Of a stretch of DNA of 51,140 bases, positions 1 to 9,725 are shown one piece after another; position 1 is the stretch's first letter; every line of letters begins with the position of its first letter. The translations under genes were made by a program, and so were the position numbers. The stretch lies in the NCBI GenBank assembly GCA_964571975.1, contig CAZNEJ010000001.1, positions 29,639-80,778 of the forward strand, given 5' to 3'. The stretch is from an uncultured Sulfurovum sp. Lineage in GTDB: Bacteria > Campylobacterota > Campylobacteria > Campylobacterales > Sulfurovaceae. The notes beneath the pieces were generated by a model. It was not told the origin of the DNA. It worked only from the letters and a program-made list of their open reading frames with translations, and did no database searches.

Positions 1-2
1 AA

Positions 3-1262
3 GTAACAATTGCTAATTCAAATAATGCAGCAGCTGCTGCAATGGGTGGCGGTGCTGGTGGCGGTGCAATGGGTGGTGCTGGTGGCGGTGCAATGGGTGG
101 TGCTGGTGGCGGTGGAATGGGTGGCGGAGGTGCTGGTGCTGGTGGCTCTAGAACTGGAATAACCATAGAGAGTACTAGTGAGTTTAGGTTTTGGAAGACA
201 GTTGAAGCAGAAATTCAAAGAATTTTAATAGGTGCTAGCGATGCTAGCATACATTATACTAGAACAGGAGATACATGGACTGGGCCAGATGGTCAAGTAT
301 GGGAGTATAACCCACTAGCGCCTATTGTTAATCCAGAAGCTGGGATGGTTACAGTTACAGGCACAGATAGACAAATCAATAGAGTCTCAAAATACATAAA
401 CACACTTACGAAACAAATCAAGTCACAAGTACTCATAGACGTACGAATCATAAGTGTTACTTTTGACGATAGTACAACCACGGGAATAGATTGGAGTCAG
501 CTTTATGCATTGCAAAATTTAACAATTAATTCTTTAGCTATGGCTCAAAGAAATGTAGATTCATTTACTTTCGATAATCTAGCAGGAATTACAAATGCTG
601 AACATGCAGAAGGCACTAGACCAAGAAATTCACAACTAATGAACGTTACAGGAAGTACAGAAGTAAGTGAGATTGTAAAATTTTTAGCCACTCAGGGTGA
701 TGTAAAATCAATTTCAAGTCCTAGAGTAATGACACTTAACAATCAACCAGCACTTATCTCTGTTGGTAGAGAACTATTTTATAAAATTAGAGCATCTAGT
801 ATAGCAGGTGGTGGCATGGGTGGCGGTGTAGCAGCAGAAGGTGAATTGGTTGATTCTGTTTTTGCAGGTATTTTGCTAGATATTACACCAGAAATTGCTG
901 AAAATGGTATGATTACATTAAAAATCAATCCATCGGTTACCGATACTGTTGTGGAGGTAACAAGCAATGGAGGGGTAAGAACTATACCGCCTGATTTAAT
1001 TAGAAGACAGATAGCATCAGTAATTACAGTAAAAGACGGAGAGCATGCCGTCCTAGGTGGACTCATCTCCTCTAGAGCAGGAGTGCAGATAAACAAAGTG
1101 CCTCTACTTGGTGACTTGCCATTACTTGAGCATGTGTTTAAGAGAGAAGTAAAAATAAATAAAATTGAAGAATTGGTTATTATCATAACTCCACATATTG
1201 TAAGAGATGGAAAATCAGTTTCGCTTAAGGATCTAGGTTATACCAAAGTTAATGAAAAGTAG
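3..1262 (+). CDS. mshL: Secretin, MSHA MshL / CtsD (GspD/PilQ family), 5' truncated by window edge
   Basis: Frame is open from base 3 (VTIANSNNAAAAAMGGG...). Secretin motifs QVLIDVRIISV, GIDWS, SSPRVMTLNNQPALISVG, GILLDITP, VLGGLI, KVPLLGDLP and ELVIIITP are present. Confidence 0.92.
   Translation, partial: VTIANSNNAAAAAMGGGAGGGAMGGAGGGAMGGAGGGGMGGGGAGAGGSRTGITIESTSEFRFWKTVEAEIQRILIGASDASIHYTRTGDTWTGPDGQVWEYNPLAPIVNPEAGMVTVTGTDRQINRVSKYINTLTKQIKSQVLIDVRIISVTFDDSTTTGIDWSQLYALQNLTINSLAMAQRNVDSFTFDNLAGITNAEHAEGTRPRNSQLMNVTGSTEVSEIVKFLATQGDVKSISSPRVMTLNNQPALISVGRELFYKIRASSIAGGGMGGGVAAEGELVDSVFAGILLDITPEIAENGMITLKINPSVTDTVVEVTSNGGVRTIPPDLIRRQIASVITVKDGEHAVLGGLISSRAGVQINKVPLLGDLPLLEHVFKREVKINKIEELVIIITPHIVRDGKSVSLKDLGYTKVNEK
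27..147 (+). repeat. In-frame imperfect tandem repeat (unit about 24 nt, GCAATGGGTGGTGCTGGTGGCGGT) encoding an Ala/Met/Gly-rich linker
   Basis: About 3-4 copies of AMGG(G)AGGG read directly from the sequence. Confidence 0.9.
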
Positions 1263-2064
1263 ATACGAAGACGCAAAAAATGTATTTGTCGATTCTATAG
1301 ATATTGATGACTACATTGAATTACCATCTTCGGTTGCAGCCTATAAACAGCTTGAGCATAGCATGGATAAGCCATTGAAGATGATTCTACTTTTTGGTAA
1401 ACCAGGTACAGGCAAAAGCATTCTGCTTAACCGCCTTGCTAAAAAATTAAAACATCAAAAAGAAATACATTATTTTGATACACCTGCTACGAATGATAAA
1501 GAATTTTTTCACAAATTATTTAAAGTACTTACAAAGCAAGATTTACCACATAATACTGAAGTAAATTTTTCTGCCTTAGTAAATTTTTGTAAAAACTTAA
1601 GGGGTAAAAGAGAGATTATTATTTTACTTGATGAGGCGCAAATGTATGGACCTGAAATGATGGAGAAAATCAGACTAATTTCAGATAGTCGTGCTGTAAA
1701 ATTTGTGGTTTCTTTACATAAAACGGAGGATGAAGATTTAATTGCCAAAGAGCATTTTCAGTCTCGTATTTGGGAAGTGATAGAACTTGAAAATGCTACC
1801 CATACAGACCAAACAGCCTATATACATAAAAAACTTTTAAAAAAGAATCTTTTTGAGATTGCTAATAGTATCAAAGAGAAGGACATGAATCTAATACATA
1901 CGTATACTAAAGGAAACTTTAGAGAGTGTAATAAATTAATGTTTACTATTTTTGAAATTTGTGAATATTATGACAAGAATGAACCGTCTAAAGTTAATTA
2001 CGAACATGTCCCGCAGCGCATTGTTGAAATGGCCGCGTTAAAACTAGGATATATTCATGTATGA
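1252..2064 (+). CDS. ExeA/MshM-like AAA ATPase (CtsP-like)
   Basis: Walker A GKPGTGKS, Walker B IILLDEAQ, GNFRE motif; lies immediately after the secretin, as ctsP does in Campylobacter. Confidence 0.85.
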   Translation: MKSRYEDAKNVFVDSIDIDDYIELPSSVAAYKQLEHSMDKPLKMILLFGKPGTGKSILLNRLAKKLKHQKEIHYFDTPATNDKEFFHKLFKVLTKQDLPHNTEVNFSALVNFCKNLRGKREIIILLDEAQMYGPEMMEKIRLISDSRAVKFVVSLHKTEDEDLIAKEHFQSRIWEVIELENATHTDQTAYIHKKLLKKNLFEIANSIKEKDMNLIHTYTKGNFRECNKLMFTIFEICEYYDKNEPSKVNYEHVPQRIVEMAALKLGYIHV

Positions 2065-2821
2065 CATTAAGCCATTAGAGGAAAAGTGGAGAAAATATAA
2101 CAGACTAAAACGTAGACCCATGTATATATTTTTGTTTCTAGCAGTAGGTGCATTGGGTATCTTATTGGTATTTTTAAATCTTAAAGATTTTAAAATACCA
2201 AGTTTTTCAACGGCAGACAGCAATGAGCAGGTACTTGATTTGATTGTAATTAAAAAAAGTTCTGTTTTGCTGGATGATGCCTTGCGTGTATTACAAGAGA
2301 ATAAGGTGGAAATGATTGAAGAGATTAAGCCTCCTGTTCAAATAAAAGTAGCACCTATAGCTGTAGTATCGTCTGCACCAACTTTACCTATTGTGGGTAA
2401 TATACCTATGTTGGAATCAACTAAGAGAAAAGTACCTAGACAAAAAGCTCGAAATACCCATGTAGAGAAAGAAGAAAAAAGAGATGAGCCACGTAAAAAG
2501 GTACATTTAAATATAGTAAAATCTTCTAGTATTGGTGCTTTTAAAGATGTAGAAAAACGTTTTTATGAATCACGAGATGCTGATGACTCTTTATTCTTGG
2601 CTAAAAGTTATTATAGAAACGGCAAGTATAAGAAATCTGAGTATTGGGCATTGCAGACCAACAAGGTCAATAGCAATATTGAAGAGAGTTGGATTGTATT
2701 TGCTAAATCTAAAGCCAAGTTAGGGCATAGAAATCAGGCTATTGATATATTAAATAAATATATTAAGCGTTCCAATTCCAGCCGTGTAAGAAATTTGTTG
2801 TATAAATTAAAGAGAAATTAG
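2057..2821 (+). CDS. Single-pass membrane protein with C-terminal TPR-like helices (CtsX-like transformation system protein)
   Basis: N-terminal TM helix; C-terminal LFLAKSYY...SEYWAL...SWIVFAKSK TPR-like region; positioned between the ATPase and gspE. Confidence 0.7.
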   Translation: MYDIKPLEEKWRKYNRLKRRPMYIFLFLAVGALGILLVFLNLKDFKIPSFSTADSNEQVLDLIVIKKSSVLLDDALRVLQENKVEMIEEIKPPVQIKVAPIAVVSSAPTLPIVGNIPMLESTKRKVPRQKARNTHVEKEEKRDEPRKKVHLNIVKSSSIGAFKDVEKRFYESRDADDSLFLAKSYYRNGKYKKSEYWALQTNKVNSNIEESWIVFAKSKAKLGHRNQAIDILNKYIKRSNSSRVRNLLYKLKRN

Positions 2822-2832
2822 GAGACATATTT

Positions 2833-4569
2833 ATGGTCAAACTTATAGAAATGATGCTTGAAGAAAAACTCATTACAAAAAATGCTATATCTACTTTGGT
2901 AAAAAGTAGGCCTCCTAAGAAGATTTCATTTGCAAACCTTGTAGCAGAAGATATGATTGATTTGGCTTCTGTGGAAATATTTTTAGCAAAAAAAGTTAGG
3001 CAAGGCGTTATTACATTGGCAATGCTAGAAAGAATAGAAGGTATTGATATTACCCCTATTATAGAAGAAGTTGCAAAAGCTTTGCGTGTAGAATATCTTG
3101 ACTTGGATGAAGTCGAAATTGATATGAAACTTTTTTCTAAAGTGCCATATAAGCAACTCTTGAAGTACAATATTATTCCTGTCCAAGAGAACGATTTGCA
3201 TGTGCAAATTGTTTTTGATGATCCATTAGATATGGCAGCACAGGATGCAATCCAAAGACTTTTTCCTAAGAAACCTATACGTATTGCCATCTCTAAGCCT
3301 AAGCAGATACAGCAGCACTTACAACGTCTTGAAATAAATGAGAGTGTTAAGGGTCTAGTAGTAGATATAAGAAAAGATTTAAATGATGGGGGAGCTGAAG
3401 AGGAAAGCGATGAGTCTCCAGCAGTTTTGAAACTCATAGATATCTTGTTGAAATCTGCAATTTATGCAGGTGCTAGTGATATTCATGTAGAAGCAGCAGA
3501 GATTTCATGTATCGTTAGGATAAGAGTGGATGGTATGCTGCGACAAAGTTTTACTTTTGATAAGGATATATTTAACCCCTTGGCATCTAGGTTAAAGTTG
3601 CTTTCAAATTTGGATATAGCAGAAAAAAGAAAACCACAAGATGGTAGATTTTCTGCAACTATCATAAAAAAAGAATACGATTTTAGGGTCTCCACCTTAC
3701 CTACTATCAATGGTGAATCCATTGTTATGCGTATCTTGGATAAAACAAAGGCAATGATAAAACTTGAAGAAGCTGGTATGAGTAAACACTGTTACGACCA
3801 GTTCTCTAAAGCTATTACAGTACCTTATGGGATTGTCTTGGTAACGGGACCTACAGGTTCTGGTAAAACAACAACACTTTATGGTGCTATTAATGCTATA
3901 AAAGACGTGAAAGATAAAATCATTACAGTGGAAGACCCCGTAGAATATCAAATGGCAGGATTGCAACAAGTGAACGTACGAGAAAGCGTTGGTTTGGGTT
4001 TTGCGGATGCTTTGAAATCAATATTGAGACAAGATCCAGACAAAATTATGATTGGTGAAATTCGTAATCAAGAAACACTACGCATAGCCATTCAAGCTGC
4101 ACTTACTGGACACTTGGTTTTATCTACTTTGCATACAAATGATGCGATATCGTCCATTTCTCGTATTTTAGATATGGGGATTGAAGAATATCTTGTATCT
4201 GGTGCGTTGGTGGCTATACAAGCCCAAAGATTGGTTAGGAAAATTTGTAAAAACTGCAAGGTTGAAACAGAATTAGAGCCTAATTTGTTAAAAGATGTAC
4301 GGAAGTATTTGCCTGATAATCCTATTTTTTATAGAGGTGAAGGGTGCAAAGAGTGTGGGCATAGTGGATATAAAGGAAGGGAAATGATTTCTGAGGTTTT
4401 AACTATATCTGAAACATTGGCTAGAATGATAGCTCGTGTAGCATCAAAGGAAGAACTAACCAATCAAGCATTGGATGAAGGTTTTGTTACGATGTTTGAA
4501 GATGGTGTTCAAAAAGCATTATCTGGTGCTTCAACGATAGAAGAAATTTATAGAGTCGCGAGGTTATAA
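2833..4569 (+). CDS. gspE: GspE/PilB-family assembly ATPase (CtsE-like)
   Basis: ASDIH, PQDGR, GPTGSGKTT, TVEDPVE, LRQDPDKIMIGEIR, TGHLVLSTLHTND and tetracysteine CxxC...CxxC motifs. Confidence 0.95.
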   Translation: MVKLIEMMLEEKLITKNAISTLVKSRPPKKISFANLVAEDMIDLASVEIFLAKKVRQGVITLAMLERIEGIDITPIIEEVAKALRVEYLDLDEVEIDMKLFSKVPYKQLLKYNIIPVQENDLHVQIVFDDPLDMAAQDAIQRLFPKKPIRIAISKPKQIQQHLQRLEINESVKGLVVDIRKDLNDGGAEEESDESPAVLKLIDILLKSAIYAGASDIHVEAAEISCIVRIRVDGMLRQSFTFDKDIFNPLASRLKLLSNLDIAEKRKPQDGRFSATIIKKEYDFRVSTLPTINGESIVMRILDKTKAMIKLEEAGMSKHCYDQFSKAITVPYGIVLVTGPTGSGKTTTLYGAINAIKDVKDKIITVEDPVEYQMAGLQQVNVRESVGLGFADALKSILRQDPDKIMIGEIRNQETLRIAIQAALTGHLVLSTLHTNDAISSISRILDMGIEEYLVSGALVAIQAQRLVRKICKNCKVETELEPNLLKDVRKYLPDNPIFYRGEGCKECGHSGYKGREMISEVLTISETLARMIARVASKEELTNQALDEGFVTMFEDGVQKALSGASTIEEIYRVARL

Positions 4570-5817
4570 ATGAAATATTTTAATGTTACCGTTATGGACA
4601 AAGGCAACAAGCGCATTGAGATGCTGAAAGCAGAAAATAAAATCCTTGCAATTAAATTAGCAAAAAATAAGTTTCCTTCTACAATTGTGGTTAGGGCAGT
4701 TGAAACCTCTGCTCCTTTGGAAGATAGTTTTGCTAATTTGATGAAAACAATAGAAAAGTCATTTAAATCAAAAGTGCCTTTAAATGATAAAATATCTACG
4801 ATTAGGCAAATAGCAGTTATGACGGATGCTGGAATTGCCATAAACGATACCTTGGCTGATGTTGCTGAAAATACGGAGAATAAACAACTAAAAGAAATTT
4901 ACAAAAAAATAAATTCTGATATAAATGCTGGTAATAGTATGTCTGATGCAATGGAGCCTTATACGGAAGTGTTTGGTCATGTTGCACTCGCAATGACAAA
5001 TCTTGGCGAGAGAACTGGTAATATATCTGAGTCTTATCATAAATTGGCAGATATTTTGGAAAACCTTAGGGACAATCAAGCTAAGTTTAAAAAAGCCATC
5101 AGAGGACCATTGATCACGTTGTCTGCAATGGGAATTGCTTTTACCATTTTGATTATGGTGGTAGTGCCAAAATTTAAAGATATTTTTTCTAAATTTAAGA
5201 CTGAGTTGCCCATGCCTACACAGATACTTCTTAAATTAGAATGGGCATTTTCGAATTATGGAGTATTTATTCTTGCAATATTAATTGCTATTGTGGTTGC
5301 AATAAAATATTTTTATAAAAATAATAAAGATTTTAAATATAAAATGGATAAGTTGATGATTCATCCTAGGTTTTATCTTATAAATAAAGCAATTTTTCTT
5401 TCCACTATGCATAAATACAACTTGGTTTTTGGTGAACTTGTGAAGTCTGGTATCCCTGTGTCGGAAGCCTTGGATACTGCTGTAGGAATGGTGGATAATG
5501 AGGCTATAAAGGTGCAGCTATTGACAGTTAATGCAAATATTGGTCGAGGAATGAGTTTAGCAGAAGCATTCATGTTAACAGGGCTGTATGAAAATATGCT
5601 TTTGCAGATGATAAAAGCAGGAGAAGCAGGTGGACAGCTTGATGCTATGCTAGATAAAGTGACCAATTATTATGATATGGAATTTCAAGACTTGATTGAT
5701 AATCTATCGGCCTATATTGAACCTATTATGATGTTTTTTATTGCTGGGCTTGTTTTGCTCATGGCTCTTGGAATATTTATGCCAATGTGGGATCTAGGTA
5801 AAGCCGTTAAGGGTTAG
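4570..5817 (+). CDS. gspF: Type II secretion system F / PilC inner-membrane platform protein (CtsF-like)
   Basis: Two T2SSF repeats (GERTG, GEAGGQLD), three TM segments, EPIMM...IFMPMW C-terminus. Confidence 0.93.
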   Translation: MKYFNVTVMDKGNKRIEMLKAENKILAIKLAKNKFPSTIVVRAVETSAPLEDSFANLMKTIEKSFKSKVPLNDKISTIRQIAVMTDAGIAINDTLADVAENTENKQLKEIYKKINSDINAGNSMSDAMEPYTEVFGHVALAMTNLGERTGNISESYHKLADILENLRDNQAKFKKAIRGPLITLSAMGIAFTILIMVVVPKFKDIFSKFKTELPMPTQILLKLEWAFSNYGVFILAILIAIVVAIKYFYKNNKDFKYKMDKLMIHPRFYLINKAIFLSTMHKYNLVFGELVKSGIPVSEALDTAVGMVDNEAIKVQLLTVNANIGRGMSLAEAFMLTGLYENMLLQMIKAGEAGGQLDAMLDKVTNYYDMEFQDLIDNLSAYIEPIMMFFIAGLVLLMALGIFMPMWDLGKAVKG

Positions 5818-5821
5818 GTCT

Positions 5822-6541
5822 TTAAAGGTTATAATATCTTAGGGCTTTTTTTAGATCTTCAGGAGTGTCTATGCCAAAGCTTTGTGTATTGACTTCTATC
5901 ATTGCTATCTCATATCCACAAGAAAGTGCTCTTAGCTGCTCTAGTTTTTCTATATCTTCTAGTGCTGTAGGCGAGAGCATACAGAATGCTTTTAGTGACT
6001 TTACCGTAAATCCATAAATCCCAAGATGCCCTTTATAGTGCTTAAGGTGATGGTCTCTTGAGTAGGGTACTTTTGCTCGAGAAAAATAAAGAGCAGTGTC
6101 TTTATGGTCTGTAACAACTTTAACTATATTTGGGTCATCTGCTTCTGAATTAGAAATCATTTTATAGCATGAATTCATCATTATGCGTTCATTGTGTAGA
6201 TTTTTTTTGCTAAGATTATATATAGCCTGTACGACTTCTTTTTCAATAAAAGGTTCATCCCCTTGTACATTTATGATTATCTCATTTTCCCCTAATCCTA
6301 GCGTATGCACGGCCTCATAGATGCGGTCTGTTCCACTTTTATGTTTGTCTGAGGTGAGAAGTGCCTTTATACCATATTCTTTGGCTACTTCTATGACTTC
6401 TTGTGCATCTGTAGCGATGATAACATCATCTATACTTTCTACGGCTTTGGCTGTACGTATAACCATAGGCATGCCAGCAATATCTGCTAGAACTTTGTTT
6501 GGAAAGCGAGACGAACCGATACGAGCAGGGATAATAATCAT
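5822..6541 (-). CDS. kdsB: 3-deoxy-manno-octulosonate cytidylyltransferase
   Basis: IIIPARIGSSRFPNK, SGTDRI, NVQGDEP, ALYFSR, HLGIYG, EKLEQLRAL and GIDTPED motifs. Confidence 0.97.
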   Translation of the reverse strand: MIIIPARIGSSRFPNKVLADIAGMPMVIRTAKAVESIDDVIIATDAQEVIEVAKEYGIKALLTSDKHKSGTDRIYEAVHTLGLGENEIIINVQGDEPFIEKEVVQAIYNLSKKNLHNERIMMNSCYKMISNSEADDPNIVKVVTDHKDTALYFSRAKVPYSRDHHLKHYKGHLGIYGFTVKSLKAFCMLSPTALEDIEKLEQLRALSCGYEIAMIEVNTQSFGIDTPEDLKKALRYYNL

Positions 6542-6621
6542 AAAAAGCCTTTAAGTATTTACTGTATTTATGTATGATTTTACACTCTGTATGCTAAAAT
6601 ACAAGACTTTAAAGGATGTAC

Positions 6622-7557
6622 ATGCCAAAAGCTTTATTTCTTCTCAATATGGGTGGACCTAGTAGTGTTGATGAAGTTGAACTCTTTTTGAGCAATATGT
6701 TTGCCGATAAAAATATATTGACTATGGATAGGTATACTCGCAAATTAGTATCAGCCATTATCATCAATAAACGTCTTGAGGATGTGAAGGTGAACTACGG
6801 TATTTTGGGAGGCAAGTCTCCGCTTCTTGGACTAACAAAAGAGCTTATAGGAAAGTTAGCACCTAGATTAGATATGTCAATCTACCCAGTGATGCGATAT
6901 GTGCCTCCTTTTGCTGATGTGGCATTGGAGGAATGCAAAAAAGATGCAGTAGATGAACTTATCTTGTTTCCTATGTATCCTCAGTATTCAAGCACCACTA
7001 CCTTTTCTTCAGTGGAAGATGTGAAGGCACGTTGTAAAACACTTGATTATCATCCAAATATAAAAGTGATTGACCCATATTATGACGACTATGATTACAT
7101 AGCAGCTTCAGTAGAGAAGATAGTCGAGGCTATGGATGGAAAAGACACAAGTAAGTATGACTTACTCCTTTCTGCCCATGGTTTACCTGTGAGTATCATA
7201 CAAGCAGGTGACCCATACCAAAATCAAGTGGAGGCAAATGCTTCTGCTATAAAAATATACCTAAGAGAACGTGGTATAGCCTTTAGAAATATCAGGCTTG
7301 TCTATCAGTCTAAAGTTGGGTCTTCAGACTGGCTTGAACCCAACCTTGTAGATGTGTTACGTAATCCACACAACAGAAGGGTTGTCATCTTTCCTTTGGC
7401 GTTTACTTTAGATAATTCTGAGACGGTTTTTGAACTTGACATTGAGCATAGAGAGATAGTAGAGAAGATAAAGTATGATGACTATGTCGTGGCTAAATGC
7501 ATGAATGGTTCAGATAAATTTGTGGAGCTAATCGTTGGAAAAGTCAAGGCTATATAG
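6622..7557 (+). CDS. hemH: Ferrochelatase
   Basis: LLNMGGP, GGKSPL, MRYVPP, PMYPQYSSTT, SAHGLP, YQSKVG..WLEP and DNSET motifs. Start placed at ATG 6622 after AAGGA (ORF track starts at 6616). Confidence 0.95.
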   Translation: MPKALFLLNMGGPSSVDEVELFLSNMFADKNILTMDRYTRKLVSAIIINKRLEDVKVNYGILGGKSPLLGLTKELIGKLAPRLDMSIYPVMRYVPPFADVALEECKKDAVDELILFPMYPQYSSTTTFSSVEDVKARCKTLDYHPNIKVIDPYYDDYDYIAASVEKIVEAMDGKDTSKYDLLLSAHGLPVSIIQAGDPYQNQVEANASAIKIYLRERGIAFRNIRLVYQSKVGSSDWLEPNLVDVLRNPHNRRVVIFPLAFTLDNSETVFELDIEHREIVEKIKYDDYVVAKCMNGSDKFVELIVGKVKAI

Positions 7558-7891
7558 GTATAGGACTACTTTTAGAGTACTGTTTTGGTTAGCTATTGTA
7601 GTGGCATACACTGCTTCCATACTAACACAGGACTCAGCACCTACCATTCCTAAATTTAGTGATAAGGCACATCATGTTTTGGCGTTTGTGGTTTTAGGCT
7701 TATTATTAAGGTTAGCATACAATGTAAACTATTGGTATGGATTGTTGATACTTGTAGGGTTTGGTATGTTTATAGAAATTTCTCAATATTTTACAGCCAC
7801 ACGCGTAGCAGAAGGAAAAGATATGATTGCAGACCTTGTAGGTGCTTTTATAGGGTTTAGACTTTACAAACACTTGTGTAAAGTAATATAA
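7535..7891 (+). CDS. VanZ-family membrane protein
   Basis: SDKAHH..AF, IEISQYF...R and D..AD motifs with four hydrophobic segments. Confidence 0.8.
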   Translation: MEKSRLYRYRTTFRVLFWLAIVVAYTASILTQDSAPTIPKFSDKAHHVLAFVVLGLLLRLAYNVNYWYGLLILVGFGMFIEISQYFTATRVAEGKDMIADLVGAFIGFRLYKHLCKVI

Positions 7892-7900
7892 ATGCAGTAT

Positions 7901-7929
7901 ATAGATAAGGAGTAGAACCCCTTATCTAT
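7901..7929. terminator. Hairpin between convergent vanZ-like gene and glnK (probable bidirectional terminator)
   Basis: ATAGATAAGG-N9-CCTTATCTAT, a perfect 10-bp stem. Confidence 0.7.
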
Positions 7930-7935
7930 GAAGTT

Positions 7936-8286
<351 letters not shown>

Positions 8287-9597
8287 TTATAAATTTAATT
8301 CTTTTTCTCCATGACTTGTTTCGTCAAGACCTTTTGTTTCATCTTCTTCAGAGACTCTAGCTCCACCTGTAAGTGCAGAGGCTATATAGTAAACTATCAC
8401 AGTTCCTATGAGTGTCCACAGACCAACAATAGCAACTGATTCTACTTGAACAAGAAATTGTCCCATTCTGTCTCCAGATTCTTTTAGTGGTCCATCCCAT
8501 AATAAGTCTTTGTCATTAAGTGCAAAGAATGCAACAGCTAACGCTCCCCAAAGACCCGCTAAGAAGTGAATACCAAAGGCATCAAGTGAATCATCGTATC
8601 CAAATATTTTCTTTAACTTTATAACACCAAAGAAAGCAAATACTGAACCGACAATACCTATGATAAGTGCACCAGATACATCAACAAAGCCAGCAGCTGG
8701 AGTGATAGCTACAAGACCTGCTATGATTCCTGATGCTATCCCAAGAAGTGTAGGCTTTTTGTAGATTACCCACTCTAAAAGCATCCATGTTACAGCCCCA
8801 GCTGCTGTAGCAATAGTTGTAGTAAGAACAGCAAGACCTGCAATAGCGTTTGCACCAAATGCACTACCGCCATTGAATCCATACCAACCAAACCATAGTA
8901 GGGCAGCTCCCACAGCAGTCAACATGATGGAAAAAGGCTTCATCGCTGTTTTATTGAATCCAATTCTTTTTCCTACTAAAATTGCAAGAACGAGACCAGC
9001 TAAACCACCATTCATGTGTACAACAGTACCACCAGCAAAGTCAAGTGCACCCGCATCAAAAAGGAAAGCACCATCACCACCCCATACCATATGTGTAATA
9101 GGAGCATAGACTACAAGTCCCCAAAGTACAACAATCACCATCCAAGTTGAAAACTTCATACGTCCTATCACTGAACCAGAGGCAATAGCAATAGTAATGG
9201 CTGCAAATGTACCTTGGAAGGCAATAAATACATAGGTAGGGTATGTTCCACTTAAGTCAGTCCAAGAGATACCTGAAAGCATAATATGGTTAAAACCACC
9301 AAATACATTTTGAAGCATCGAACTTTCGTTTGTACCAAAGGCTATAGAATAACCTGCAACAATCCATACTAAGAATGCCACAACAAATGCACCCATAACC
9401 ATAGCGTAAGTGTTAAGAACATTTTTAGATCTTGTCATACCACCATAAAAGAGTGCCAAACCTGCTGGTGTCATAAGTAATACCAGTGCTGTAGACATCA
9501 TCATCCATGCTGTGTCCCCTGAGTCTAGTTTGTCTTCTGCAAATGCAAAGACAGGCAAGAACAATGCCATTAGAGCTGAAAGTTTTAGTTTCATCAT
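8287..9597 (-). CDS. amtB: Ammonium transporter
   Basis: Signal peptide; GDTAW, GLALFYGG, DFAGGTVVH, LWFGWYGFNGGS, GLVAITPAAG and DDSLDAFGIH motifs. Confidence 0.97.
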   Translation of the reverse strand: MMKLKLSALMALFLPVFAFAEDKLDSGDTAWMMMSTALVLLMTPAGLALFYGGMTRSKNVLNTYAMVMGAFVVAFLVWIVAGYSIAFGTNESSMLQNVFGGFNHIMLSGISWTDLSGTYPTYVFIAFQGTFAAITIAIASGSVIGRMKFSTWMVIVVLWGLVVYAPITHMVWGGDGAFLFDAGALDFAGGTVVHMNGGLAGLVLAILVGKRIGFNKTAMKPFSIMLTAVGAALLWFGWYGFNGGSAFGANAIAGLAVLTTTIATAAGAVTWMLLEWVIYKKPTLLGIASGIIAGLVAITPAAGFVDVSGALIIGIVGSVFAFFGVIKLKKIFGYDDSLDAFGIHFLAGLWGALAVAFFALNDKDLLWDGPLKESGDRMGQFLVQVESVAIVGLWTLIGTVIVYYIASALTGGARVSEEDETKGLDETSHGEKELNL

Positions 9598-9625
9598 AAT
9601 TCCTTTTATTTTAATTTACATACGA

Positions 9626-9634
9626 ATTCTACCA
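9626..9634 (-). promoter_or_regulatory. Predicted extended -10 promoter of amtB (TGGTAGAAT)
   Basis: TGnTAnAAT pattern typical of Campylobacterota sigma70 promoters, about 30 nt upstream of the start and its AAGGA RBS. Confidence 0.6.
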
Positions 9635-9662
9635 TGTAGTGCTATTGTTTATTGGATTTGAG

Positions 9663-9679
9663 TGATTAAATTTTAGGCA
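9663..9679. promoter_or_regulatory. Fis/NtrC-type operator box upstream of amtB (TGATTAAATTTTAGGCA)
   Basis: Fits TGNTTA-W5-TARNCA, shared with boxes at 11177 and 14602; 31 bp from the -10 hexamer. Confidence 0.6.
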
Positions 9680-9725
9680 ATGTTTTTTGAGGTACTTAGA
9701 TAGAATGCTTAGTATGCATTTTAGT

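Noticed and set aside
27-147. CRISPR-like or non-coding repeat at the window start
   Set aside because: Units are contiguous with no spacers and are in frame within the secretin.
9600-9725. Sigma54 (-24/-12) promoter for amtB
   Set aside because: No correctly oriented TGGCAC-N5-TTGC motif was found by eye; an extended sigma70-type -10 is present instead.
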